Shown: piece after piece, positions 17,655-27,690 of the stretch | How the letters are laid out: every line of letters begins with the position of its first letter | How positions within the stretch are numbered: position 1 is the first letter of the stretch | From: a candidate division Zixibacteria bacterium CG_4_9_14_3_um_filter_46_8 | Lineage (GTDB): Bacteria > Zixibacteria > MSB-5A5 > UM-FILTER-46-8 | NCBI GenBank assembly: GCA_002791595.1 | Contig: PFXJ01000128.1 | Coordinates: forward strand, 26,365-67,820 | Direction: 5' to 3' | DNA length: 41,456 bases | Notes under the pieces: model-generated | Databases searched by the model: none | The model's input: the letters and a program-made list of their open reading frames with translations, nothing else | What the model was told of the DNA's origin: nothing | Position numbers and translations under genes: made by a program

Positions 17655-20600
17655 ATGGTTAAGAATTTTCGTCTTTATTGCGTGGTGTTATATGTTTTCA
17701 TTGCGGCATTTCAATTCCATCCTGCGTGGGCCTATTCATCCAGAACTCCAGACACTGATGGAGTTACGATTCAAAGCAATGATTCCCGCGGAATAGCATT
17801 TACTTTCCGACCTGGAAAGATGAATTTGGATAGGATTGAAACTGCAAGGGGTGATTTCGATATTATAGGTCTTGAAGATGGTTTTTCGCTGAACAAGCCC
17901 GGTTATCCATCACTACCCGCCCGTAAATTCTATATTGCCTTGCCGCCGGGTTCGTCTCCTCAGACATCGGTCTCGGCGGTCATTGGCACAACGATTTTCG
18001 AATCTCTGAAGCCGGCGCCGTTCGAAGATGGCCAGCCAGTCATCCAGCCGCAGTCAATCTCGAAGGCTCTTTATTCCCAGAATGTGGGGAAGATTCGTGA
18101 TATGGACGTGCTGACGCTGACCGTATTAGCGGCGAACTATAACCCCGCGATTAAAACCGCGGCGGCTTATCGGGCAATAAATATAGATATTCGGTTTAAT
18201 GATAATGATGCCAAGCGGTATGAAACAGTTGGGGAGGATAGATTTGCGCGCAAGATAATGAAGAGTCTCTTGTTGAATTACGAAAACTCCAAAGGATGGC
18301 ATTATCGCTTGGATTCAGCGGCAAGTATGGCTTCAGGCTCCCCATTCGATTCCGCTTTTACCTGGCTCAAATTTAGGACGACCCAAGAAGGGATTCACAA
18401 GATAGATTACTACACTCTCTCCGCATCGGGAGTGCCGCTGGCGGAAATAGATCCCCGAACCATAAGAGTATTCGGGTCGGAGGCCAATGAGTTGCCTCCG
18501 GACAATGATGATCCTTACCCGATGCTCAGAGAATTGCCGATTTATGTTTATGGTTCAGAGGACGGCAGCTTTGACAAGACTGATTATATATTTATGTATG
18601 CGCCGGCAGTAAATAGATTCGAATATGACAGTACTTCCGGGCGCGACTTTTATCATTATAATCACTACACAGCCGAAAATTCCTTTTTCTTTACTTATGG
18701 AACCAGCCAATTTAATGAGCCGCCCCGAAGATGGAGCGAGGTGAATATTGATGTGACGGATTCCCAATTGCCCACGGCCAGCACTTTCTATGATTTTATT
18801 CGTGTCGAGCAGAACAAGATGCTCTGGAGGGATAGCGAGGGAAGCATTCAGGATTTTTACGAGTGGTACTGGGAAAGCGGAACATCATTTGATCGATTCA
18901 CTAACGAACAGCTCTTTGATGTGGTTGCCGGTGACACGGGCTGGGTTTACAGTCAGAGCCGCGCTTCTCAGGCAACCGTCAAGGTCAATGGTCAGCCGGC
19001 GACATTCATCTCTTATTCTTCATCCAGTTGGATTACCACCTCACAGACGTTTAATTTTCAGAATGGGCTGAACGAATTGGAATTCGGCTACTCTGGCAAC
19101 GTAACCTTCAATTATTTCGACTTACAATATAATCGTGGCTTATCGGTGGTCAATGATCATTTGCGCTTCCGGGCGCCCAGACAGGCGGGCACATACATAT
19201 TCAGCCTCAATAATGCCGATCCCCAGTATTTATTGTTAGACATCACCGACCCGCTGTCGCCGAGGAAGCTGGTGGGAGGCAACCTCCAGAGCAACAGTTG
19301 GAGATTTCAGTATGCATCAGAGGGACTAAAATCCAATTTCTTTTATGCGGGGCCTTCCTCCCATAAGACCGTCTCCTCTATGGAATCATATTCTCCTGCG
19401 GGTTTGAGAAGCATCTCCAATTCGGCTGATGGAATCATTATTGTATATGATAGTTTCCGAAAACAAGCGGAGCGGCTGGCATCGCATCGTTCATCATTTA
19501 GCGGATTAAATTATTATATTGCTGACTTATCGGATGTATATAACGAATTCGGATGGGGCCGGTCGGACCCTCTTGCCATCCGTTATTTCTTGAGGTATGC
19601 TTTTGAGAATTGGAACGGCACAAAACCGGTCTCATGCACGCTGATAGGCGATGGTCATTATGATTACCTTGATAACTGCAATTTGAATATCCCCAGTTAT
19701 CTGCCTCCTTTCGAGTATCCCCTGGGTTCACTAAAAGCTTGGGCTTCAGATGACAACTATGTCTTTTTCGGCGCTCACGGGGATTACGATAGCGACAATT
19801 CCGGTTTTCCAGATATGATCATCGGCAGATTGCCGGTGAAATCCGCCGATCAACTCTCGGTGGTCATAGACAAGATTATTGACTACGATGCAGGATCCGA
19901 TCTTGGTGAATGGAAGAATACCATAACGATCGTGGCTGACGACCAGTTTAGCTCTGATAGCGACACCGAATGGTTTCATACTAGTCAGGCAGAAACTCTC
20001 AGTAAATATCATACTCCGCCGTCTTATAAACTCAATAAAATATATGCCATTGATTACCCGATGGAAGAAGGCAGAACTAAACCTTTGGTAAGAAAATCAA
20101 TCATCGATTCATTTAATAATGGGTCTTTGATAATTAATTACATCGGCCATGGTAACAAAAACGTTTGGATGCACGAGCATACATTCAGGAAGACCGAAGA
20201 TCTGCCCCACCTGACCAATCGCAAAAGGCTGCCTTTGGTTTTCGCCGCATCCTGCAGTATTGGCGATTTCGATGATCCCACCGATGAAGGAATGGCTGAG
20301 GATTTGCTCCGGGCCAGCAACGGCGGCGCAATTTCGGTAGCATCGGCAACCAGGGGAGTTTATGCCGGTGAAAATGCAGCCCTTAATAACGCATTCTTCG
20401 ATTATATGCTCAGCCCGGATTCCCTCTCGATTTCAGAGGCCTTCTATGTGGCCAAACTGAGCCGGGGTTCCAAACCCAATGATTGGCGCTATACATTATT
20501 TGGAGATCCTGAACAAACTCTTGGCAAGCCCGATTTTCATGTCGCCATTAATTCAGTGGTCTCCGGAACAACGGCTGATACGCTCAGTGCGTTGGCGCTG

Positions 20601-21578
20601 GTAACCGTGACCGGCCAAGTTCAATATCAAGATGGAACGCCGGCCGGCGATTTCAACGGCGTCGTTTATCTTAATGCCTATGATGCCTTGCGAGTCATTC
20701 CTTATGGCACAGTTTATACTTACAAGCTACCTGGAAATATCTTGTTCCGCGGCCCATCTGATGTCCAGAACAGCATCTTTACTTCAAGATTTCTGATGCC
20801 CAAAGATATCGATTATGGCCAGAGTACGGCCAAAATAATCGCCTATACGATTGACGAGAACCAAAATATTGATGGCGCCGGATATCGGGATTCCTTGTAT
20901 CTGGGCAGAGCGACTGAAGCCTTGAATGATTCATTGGGACCGACTATGACCGCCTACATCGATAACAAAATCGTTAGCGGGAGTTTTATGACTGTTGGGC
21001 CCAGCTTCAACTTTATGGCGGTCCTTACTGATTCCAGCGGGATTAATATGACCGGCCAAGCTGGCCACTATATCTCATTGGTAATCGACCATGGCGAGTC
21101 CTTGAACGCCAATGTAACCGATTATTTCGAATATGATATGAATAATTACCAGACCGGGACGCTGGATTATCGAATTGAGGATTTAGCCACCGGAGATCAT
21201 CATATCGAGCTGAAAGCCTGGGATAATTTTAATAACTCTGCTCTGAAATCCTTCACGATCAATGTTGTTTCTCAAGAGCAGACCGAATTGTTGGATGTGA
21301 TGAATTATCCTAATCCGTTCAAAAACAATACGGTTATTCAATACCGTTTGAATCGCGCCGATATATCCAAAGTCGAAGTAAAAATCTACACGCTTTCTGG
21401 TCTCTGGATCAGAACTCTTAAAAACTGCCCATCAGATAATTCTTATAATTTCGTGGAATGGGATGGACGGGATGCCGACGGTGACGAAATCGCTAATGGA
21501 GTGTACATATATAGTGTCATCGCCGCAGGTCCCGGCGGGAGATCGGAGAACATTCAAAAAGCATTGAAACTTAGATAG
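17655..21578 (+). CDS. porU: Type IX secretion system sortase PorU-like protein (C25 gingipain family)
   Basis: Signal peptide; C25 propeptide; YIFMYA/YNHYT N-terminal motifs; VYNEFGWG..DP.AIR.FL; IGRLPV; catalytic NYIGHG and ASC; LFGDP; KAWDNFNN; CTD NYPNPF...NGVYIY. Confidence 0.88.
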   Translation: MVKNFRLYCVVLYVFIAAFQFHPAWAYSSRTPDTDGVTIQSNDSRGIAFTFRPGKMNLDRIETARGDFDIIGLEDGFSLNKPGYPSLPARKFYIALPPGSSPQTSVSAVIGTTIFESLKPAPFEDGQPVIQPQSISKALYSQNVGKIRDMDVLTLTVLAANYNPAIKTAAAYRAINIDIRFNDNDAKRYETVGEDRFARKIMKSLLLNYENSKGWHYRLDSAASMASGSPFDSAFTWLKFRTTQEGIHKIDYYTLSASGVPLAEIDPRTIRVFGSEANELPPDNDDPYPMLRELPIYVYGSEDGSFDKTDYIFMYAPAVNRFEYDSTSGRDFYHYNHYTAENSFFFTYGTSQFNEPPRRWSEVNIDVTDSQLPTASTFYDFIRVEQNKMLWRDSEGSIQDFYEWYWESGTSFDRFTNEQLFDVVAGDTGWVYSQSRASQATVKVNGQPATFISYSSSSWITTSQTFNFQNGLNELEFGYSGNVTFNYFDLQYNRGLSVVNDHLRFRAPRQAGTYIFSLNNADPQYLLLDITDPLSPRKLVGGNLQSNSWRFQYASEGLKSNFFYAGPSSHKTVSSMESYSPAGLRSISNSADGIIIVYDSFRKQAERLASHRSSFSGLNYYIADLSDVYNEFGWGRSDPLAIRYFLRYAFENWNGTKPVSCTLIGDGHYDYLDNCNLNIPSYLPPFEYPLGSLKAWASDDNYVFFGAHGDYDSDNSGFPDMIIGRLPVKSADQLSVVIDKIIDYDAGSDLGEWKNTITIVADDQFSSDSDTEWFHTSQAETLSKYHTPPSYKLNKIYAIDYPMEEGRTKPLVRKSIIDSFNNGSLIINYIGHGNKNVWMHEHTFRKTEDLPHLTNRKRLPLVFAASCSIGDFDDPTDEGMAEDLLRASNGGAISVASATRGVYAGENAALNNAFFDYMLSPDSLSISEAFYVAKLSRGSKPNDWRYTLFGDPEQTLGKPDFHVAINSVVSGTTADTLSALALVTVTGQVQYQDGTPAGDFNGVVYLNAYDALRVIPYGTVYTYKLPGNILFRGPSDVQNSIFTSRFLMPKDIDYGQSTAKIIAYTIDENQNIDGAGYRDSLYLGRATEALNDSLGPTMTAYIDNKIVSGSFMTVGPSFNFMAVLTDSSGINMTGQAGHYISLVIDHGESLNANVTDYFEYDMNNYQTGTLDYRIEDLATGDHHIELKAWDNFNNSALKSFTINVVSQEQTELLDVMNYPNPFKNNTVIQYRLNRADISKVEVKIYTLSGLWIRTLKNCPSDNSYNFVEWDGRDADGDEIANGVYIYSVIAAGPGGRSENIQKALKLR

Positions 21579-21666
21579 ATATTTATATAATATGAGATTA
21601 TTCGCAAGTCCGGAATTGTCCGATGAGAATTGAAAATAATGCGATGATATTGAGGAGAAAAAAAGA

Positions 21667-24276
21667 ATGAAAACCCTATTGACCGCCATATTGGCGATAT
21701 TATTGATCTGCGGGATAGTGGCCGACGCAAATGCTCAGGTCAGCCGTGCCGGAGTAATCTTTCTGCTCCTTCCCCCAGGAGCACGAGCATCGGGAATGGG
21801 TGACGCTTTTACATCAATCGCCGATGATGCCACCGCAACTTATTGGAATCCTGCCGGGTTAGGGCGGTATCCATTATCTCCTACCTGGTTTGATTTCCCC
21901 AATAATTCCGGACATAAGATCCGCCAGATTGCAGTTCTTAAAAATGGATTGCCCGATAACAATTATCGAAAATATGACACCTGGGCAATTCTCGACAATC
22001 AATTGGCCCGGTTTGATGGCGAAAAATGGATATTCGGAGATAAATATTATCCGGTGGCTGGAGAAAATGCTGATGATATTGCCAGAAGGTTTTCCGGGGT
22101 GGAAAATACCGATAGCCTTGCGGTTCTAAAACAGAAACTGGCTTCAGTAAATAATGTAATAGGCAAAGCCGAGTTGGTGGCCCTGATTAACAAGATTCAG
22201 GAGAATATTCCGGCCGATTATGCATATATCGAAGATGTGAAATATTCATTGGAATCGTTGCTCAATTCTTGGGCGGAACTTACCATCGATAAGGTGAAAT
22301 ATCAGAAGCTACAGACTTTGGTTAACGAATCGTTGCAGGACGGCGCCTTCAGCGCACTGGAATTTGATAAGGTTACCTTCTCAATCAATAATGCGATTGC
22401 GATACGATTACCGGAGGAACTGGATATCCCCTTTAATTTCGTGCTTCCCGATACCCTGACCATACTGGCTTCCGATGGTGAAGAGCTTTGGCTGGGGACG
22501 CCTTATGGCCTGCATAAATACAATGGCAAACGTTGGACCTCATACACAACTGAGGATTCCTTGATTTCCAATGATATTACCGCTATTGCCTTCGGGAAAA
22601 TGCAATCGGTTTGGATAGGGACCGCGGACGGCCTTTCCAGATTCGCGGGCAGAAAGTTGAGCTCTTTTACAGTCGATAATGGACTTCCCGCGAATCGAAT
22701 CGAGCAAATAGCTATAGGCAAAGGAAATGATATCTGGGTCTCGACCGATAAGGGGCTTGCCAAGTTCGATGGCAGCCAATTCAAATCTGCGCAAGACCAT
22801 CCCGTTAATGTCGGTGAAGACCTTACCAGGATTGCCGCCAAATTCGTCCATCTCAGGCCTGGGCCGGCGCTTGATGCTGTTGCGAAGGCAATAAGGGAAT
22901 ACAATGCTTTGGGCGATTCAACGCTTCAAACTGGAACAAGTATCAAACTCCCGTTCTCAGCGGCCATCAAAGGCAATATTAATGCCATCTATACAGATCC
23001 GGAGGGCATTCTGTGGGTTGGAACCACTGAAGGATTGGTTGGTTACGATGGCGATTCCTGGGATTATCAAGGATTCAAGCAATTTACTGGCAAACAGGGT
23101 GATACCGCAGAAAAAATTGCCATGGGCATTTTGGGAGCCAAGGCGGGTGGAGATAATATCTCCCATCTTGCAGGGAGAATTACCCATTTCAACAGTCTTG
23201 ACGAACAGCCGATCGACGCGGGAGATATGATTTATGTCCCATCTGCGCCGGTTGCCTCGGAAATTATTTCTCTGGGCGGTCTGGATGGCGGTGATGTTTT
23301 GGCAGGTACCAAGTATGGGCCCTTCACGAAATCCGGCGATACCTGGAAAAGGTATATGCACGCTGATCTTGACAAGGCGGAAGTGCTTAGCGTTATCCAG
23401 AAAGAAGGCGAAGTCTGGCTGGCCAGCAAGGACAAGTTGGTTATTAATGCCCATTCCAAACGTGAAATGTCATTTATGCACAGCAACTGGCTTCCTTCCT
23501 TAGCAACTGACATATATTTTGAATACCTCTCGTATGTTCAACATTACCAGGGGATAGGCACTTTGGGCGGGGCAATCACCTTCCTCTCTTATGGCGAGCA
23601 ACAGAGAACAGGAGAACAGGGCGAGGACCTGGGCACATTTTTCTCCTATGAGATGGCCTTGGCAGTGAGTTATGGCGCGAAAATCAACGAGAAATTGGCG
23701 TTGGGGTTAAGCGCGAAATATATAAATTCGCATTTATCGGATCTTGGGGCAGGGCAGGAGAAAGGATCCGGAACCGCATCTTCATTCGCAGTTGATGGCG
23801 GCATGCTATGGAGAACGCCTGTCAGAAGGCTGACCATGGGCTTGACCATAACCAATATCGGACCCGATATTTCTTACATAGATGCCGCCCAGGCTGACCC
23901 GTTGCCAAGAAATTTGACTCTTGGTCTGGCTTACGAGCTCTTCAAGAATCCCTATAATAGACTCACCATCGTAGGCGAGGCTTCAAAACAGCTCATCGAT
24001 CTAACTAAGTTCAATCGTGATTCATTCACGGGCAAGATCGGCGAGAAAATGGAGGAAGTCATCGCTCATATCGGAGCGGAATATTGGTATGGAACATTCC
24101 TGGCTCTGCGCAGCGGGTTTGTGAACGATAAAGCCGGACATCAAAGATACTATACGCTTGGAGCGGGTTTGCAATATTCCAATTATCGGTTTGATTTTTC
24201 TTACATACCATCGACCTCAGAGGAATTCAACCGGTTGGGCAATACGATGAGATTTTCAATGACCGCGAGATTCTAA
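21667..24276 (+). CDS. porV: PorV/PorQ-family outer-membrane protein with a large beta-propeller + LysM insertion
   Basis: N-terminal FLLLPPGARASGMGDAFTSIADDATATYWNPAGLG; barrel resumes at aa ~599 (SFMHSNWLP..., NIGP.ISY...DPLP.NL, LALRSG, YYTLGAG); terminal Phe. Confidence 0.85.
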   Translation: MKTLLTAILAILLICGIVADANAQVSRAGVIFLLLPPGARASGMGDAFTSIADDATATYWNPAGLGRYPLSPTWFDFPNNSGHKIRQIAVLKNGLPDNNYRKYDTWAILDNQLARFDGEKWIFGDKYYPVAGENADDIARRFSGVENTDSLAVLKQKLASVNNVIGKAELVALINKIQENIPADYAYIEDVKYSLESLLNSWAELTIDKVKYQKLQTLVNESLQDGAFSALEFDKVTFSINNAIAIRLPEELDIPFNFVLPDTLTILASDGEELWLGTPYGLHKYNGKRWTSYTTEDSLISNDITAIAFGKMQSVWIGTADGLSRFAGRKLSSFTVDNGLPANRIEQIAIGKGNDIWVSTDKGLAKFDGSQFKSAQDHPVNVGEDLTRIAAKFVHLRPGPALDAVAKAIREYNALGDSTLQTGTSIKLPFSAAIKGNINAIYTDPEGILWVGTTEGLVGYDGDSWDYQGFKQFTGKQGDTAEKIAMGILGAKAGGDNISHLAGRITHFNSLDEQPIDAGDMIYVPSAPVASEIISLGGLDGGDVLAGTKYGPFTKSGDTWKRYMHADLDKAEVLSVIQKEGEVWLASKDKLVINAHSKREMSFMHSNWLPSLATDIYFEYLSYVQHYQGIGTLGGAITFLSYGEQQRTGEQGEDLGTFFSYEMALAVSYGAKINEKLALGLSAKYINSHLSDLGAGQEKGSGTASSFAVDGGMLWRTPVRRLTMGLTITNIGPDISYIDAAQADPLPRNLTLGLAYELFKNPYNRLTIVGEASKQLIDLTKFNRDSFTGKIGEKMEEVIAHIGAEYWYGTFLALRSGFVNDKAGHQRYYTLGAGLQYSNYRFDFSYIPSTSEEFNRLGNTMRFSMTARF

Positions 24277-24284
24277 TTTGAGGA

Positions 24285-27200
24285 GTGGGAATTTTGGTTA
24301 GTTGGTTATCTTTTAAGCGATTCATAATCTCCGCCATTATTGCATTATTGACGATGTCTGCTGCTTCGGCATCGAAGGAAATCCTGAATATCGAGAAAAT
24401 CGTGAAGCCGGGCTCCAGCCCATACTCTAAGATTATGCCCGGCAACCGCCCGGAATTTGTTTCGGATGTCTCTCGAAGCAATATCCTAAAGCTTGATCGT
24501 GAGCGTCCCGGAGCTCTTCCTTTTGCTCGAAAAGGTTTGCCGCTTGACGTCTTCCAGGTCGATACCCTCACGGTGCTTGGTTTGCGGGTGCAGTTCAAAG
24601 AAGAAACCCCGAACGATCCGCTGACTACCGGCAATGGGCTGTTTGATATGAGGGACACCCTGCAGTTCAAAGAGGAAGAGGGCCATTACTTCGATACCTC
24701 TCCCCACAATAAAAACTATTTTGCCGCCCATTTGCAGGCGATGTCGCACTATTGGTGGGAGATGTCCGGGCATACTTTGGTCATTCAGTATGAAATCTGG
24801 CCTCCCGGAGTCGATTCCGTTTATCAACTCGATAAGACGAATGGGTATTATCACGAGGAATATGGTGATGACCCGCGCAATGTGCTTGGCGGATATTTCA
24901 AAGATGCCATCGAGTTGGCGGATTCGATTTCGCCGGATTTGGATTTTGCTCAAGCTGATGGCCGTATCAAGCCCATAATAATATTCCACCCCGGATCGGA
25001 TCGACAGAATGATTACAATGGCGACTCACCGCGCGACTTCTACACCGGTTTTCTGTTTCTTTTTGAGCCGGTCGTGGTCGATTCTGGCGCCAATCAGGTT
25101 TCTGAAGGCATTATTATGCCGGAGACCACGACTCAGGATAGGCCCTCGATTGAATGGCCAGTCGGTGTTCTGAACGGAGTGATGGCGCACGAATTTGGCC
25201 ATGTATTGGGGACGCGAGATTTTTATAGTACCTGCAACTTTGGGACCCGCATCGGAGATTTCTCTCTGATGGATAATAACTTCTCCACCACGGGTGCAGA
25301 CTTTGGAGCGAATATCCCTTTCGTCTATGGAGTTCTGCCGGCATCTCTTGATATCTGGACCAAAGCGTATCTCGGTTTTATCAATCCAATCACTGTCACG
25401 GATTCGACCGGAATCGGGATTGTTGCGGCAGGAATGAACAAAGAAGGAACCAAGTGCGTGAAAGTCCCCATCGATAATTATGAATATTTCGTCATCGGGA
25501 ATCATCAGAAGGAGATCGATTATGATGTTTCCAATCCAAACATAGACTATCCTAATGTTATTCTATTGGATAAGGTGACCAGCGTGGTTATGGGGCCGGG
25601 ATATGCTATAACTGATGCGGACACCTTGATCAAAGTAGTGACCGGAGAATACGACCGACTTCTCGATACACCTCCAGAGAATACCAAAGGCGGGATTCTG
25701 GTATTTCATATCGATGAGGTGGTGGCTTATAGCGATTTCTTCGGGGCGGGAATAGGCAACTGGGATCTTAATACTCTACAATGTGATACATCCCGTTGGT
25801 TCATTCGGGTCGTTGAAGCGGATGAGGAAGTTACTTTCGGAAATATCTACCATGCCGGCACCGGCTCCACCGAAGACCTATATCCGTTCGGGAGCAGAAA
25901 TATGCTCAACCCGGACACCAGGCCGTTTTCGTCGGGATCGAATTCCGGAGCCAATACCGGAATTTCCATCAGCAATATTACCGCGCCTGATTCCATTATG
26001 TATATCGATGTGAAGGTGGATAGGCATTTACCCGGATGGCCCAAGAATTCGGTTCCGGGGAATGTAGCCTCACATCCGGTTCCGGTGGATGTCAATGTCG
26101 ATGGCAAAATGGAAATTTTCCAAGCCAATCAATATATACTGACGGGATTCAATTCCGATGGCTCAGGGATTATCAATAATGACTACTCGCTGCAATTATT
26201 AGGATTTGATAATAAGCCGATATCGATTCCGCTCAAGGTTTTCGCCCTTCTGCCAGATTCCATCAGCTATGTCGGAACTCCTTCTGTAGGAGATTTGGAT
26301 GGAGATGGGACCAAAGAGGTGGTTATTGGGGCAAATGATGGCAATCTATATGTGTATAAGGCAAGTGATGGTGATGCCGATGGCTTGGCTGACTTGGCAA
26401 GCGGCTTTCCGGTAGAGCTTGGCGCCGCCGCGGCTGTCACGCCTATTTTGGGCAATTTCGATTCTACCGTTACCCTTGAAATCTGCATGGCCAATATCAA
26501 TGGGAAAGTTACTGTTCACGACCATTCCGGGAATTTGATTTCAGAGGCCGACTCCATTCCCGGCGTACCGAGGGGATTGGCGGTGGGCGGCGACCCAAAT
26601 GCAATTGCTTTCACCTGCAACCCAGCCGATTCGCTCTCCGACAGTTCTTATGTCGGAATGATTCGCCTCGGCGAACATCAGGTCTCCTGGAAGCGGGGAT
26701 ATTTCGATACTTATCTTTATGAACCGGTTATAGGAGATATTGAAGGGGATGAAGTGGAGCAGGTGGTAATAGCTTCCAAGAGCGGCTTAATAGCGGTTTA
26801 CACGGTGCAGGGTGGTGAATTGGCAAATGGCTGGCCTGCGGACGCACAAGATTCGCTTGGCGCCGGCCCGGTCATCGCGGATATCGATAGAAATGGTTTT
26901 GCGGAAATTATTGTGCCAGGTACCAACCAGATTCATTGCTATAGCTTCACCGGCTCGCCGGTGGAGAATTTTCCGGCTGAATTGAATCGGACGCATCCAA
27001 ACGGATTGGTGAATTCACCAGTTATTGTGACCGATGTGGATGCGGATGGATTTCCGGACATACTCGTGGGCGGTCCCCAAAGGGATGTATTCGGATTTAA
27101 TCACAATGGCGGATCACTTGCAATCTTCCCCCTGGCAGTAGGACTGCCGGTTAACTCGTCACCATTCGCCGGAGATATCGACGGCGATGGCGATATCGAT

Positions 27201-27638
27201 TTGGGGGCAAGAGGAGATGACGGGTTTATCAATGCCTGGGATATGGCTCAAACTTTCGTTGACTCACTTAACATTTGGCCTTCTTATGGCGGCGGACCAG
27301 AACATAAGTTCTATCACTCCAAGAACCTCCTCGGGCCGGTGCCGCCATCGGGTCAGCTCTTGTCATCGGTTTATGCCTGGCCGAACCCTTCGCATACCAG
27401 CGCTTCCAACATACATTTCAAGCTTGGTAAGGCCGGCGACGCCCAAATAAATATCAAGATATTCGATGTCGCCGGCAATTTGATGGGTGACTATAACATT
27501 ATCAAAGCAGGACCCGCTGATAACGAATATATTTGGGATAGTTCCGAATTTGCCTCGGGAGTGTATCTGGCAAGGGTCGAAGCCAGATTCGGCGGCGAAA
27601 GCGATTACAAATTCACCAAAATAGCAGTTGTTCGTTGA
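24285..27638 (+). CDS. Secreted M6 (immune inhibitor A)-like metalloprotease with FG-GAP repeats and T9SS type-A-like CTD
   Basis: AHEFGHVLG..DFY, FSLMD, W.K..LG; several D.DGDG..E/D repeats with GWP/GFP motifs; C-terminal YAWPNP...ASGVYL...KIAVVR. GTG start after GAGG. Confidence 0.85.
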   Translation: MGILVSWLSFKRFIISAIIALLTMSAASASKEILNIEKIVKPGSSPYSKIMPGNRPEFVSDVSRSNILKLDRERPGALPFARKGLPLDVFQVDTLTVLGLRVQFKEETPNDPLTTGNGLFDMRDTLQFKEEEGHYFDTSPHNKNYFAAHLQAMSHYWWEMSGHTLVIQYEIWPPGVDSVYQLDKTNGYYHEEYGDDPRNVLGGYFKDAIELADSISPDLDFAQADGRIKPIIIFHPGSDRQNDYNGDSPRDFYTGFLFLFEPVVVDSGANQVSEGIIMPETTTQDRPSIEWPVGVLNGVMAHEFGHVLGTRDFYSTCNFGTRIGDFSLMDNNFSTTGADFGANIPFVYGVLPASLDIWTKAYLGFINPITVTDSTGIGIVAAGMNKEGTKCVKVPIDNYEYFVIGNHQKEIDYDVSNPNIDYPNVILLDKVTSVVMGPGYAITDADTLIKVVTGEYDRLLDTPPENTKGGILVFHIDEVVAYSDFFGAGIGNWDLNTLQCDTSRWFIRVVEADEEVTFGNIYHAGTGSTEDLYPFGSRNMLNPDTRPFSSGSNSGANTGISISNITAPDSIMYIDVKVDRHLPGWPKNSVPGNVASHPVPVDVNVDGKMEIFQANQYILTGFNSDGSGIINNDYSLQLLGFDNKPISIPLKVFALLPDSISYVGTPSVGDLDGDGTKEVVIGANDGNLYVYKASDGDADGLADLASGFPVELGAAAAVTPILGNFDSTVTLEICMANINGKVTVHDHSGNLISEADSIPGVPRGLAVGGDPNAIAFTCNPADSLSDSSYVGMIRLGEHQVSWKRGYFDTYLYEPVIGDIEGDEVEQVVIASKSGLIAVYTVQGGELANGWPADAQDSLGAGPVIADIDRNGFAEIIVPGTNQIHCYSFTGSPVENFPAELNRTHPNGLVNSPVIVTDVDADGFPDILVGGPQRDVFGFNHNGGSLAIFPLAVGLPVNSSPFAGDIDGDGDIDLGARGDDGFINAWDMAQTFVDSLNIWPSYGGGPEHKFYHSKNLLGPVPPSGQLLSSVYAWPNPSHTSASNIHFKLGKAGDAQINIKIFDVAGNLMGDYNIIKAGPADNEYIWDSSEFASGVYLARVEARFGGESDYKFTKIAVVR

Positions 27639-27690
27639 TCTTTGGAATGAAAAAAATGTCGTTATTTTATACATTGATGAGGAGGTTTCT

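Noticed and set aside
21865-23460. Intein or mobile insertion within porV
   Set aside because: No Cys/Ser start, His-Asn end or endonuclease motifs; the content is propeller and LysM-like.
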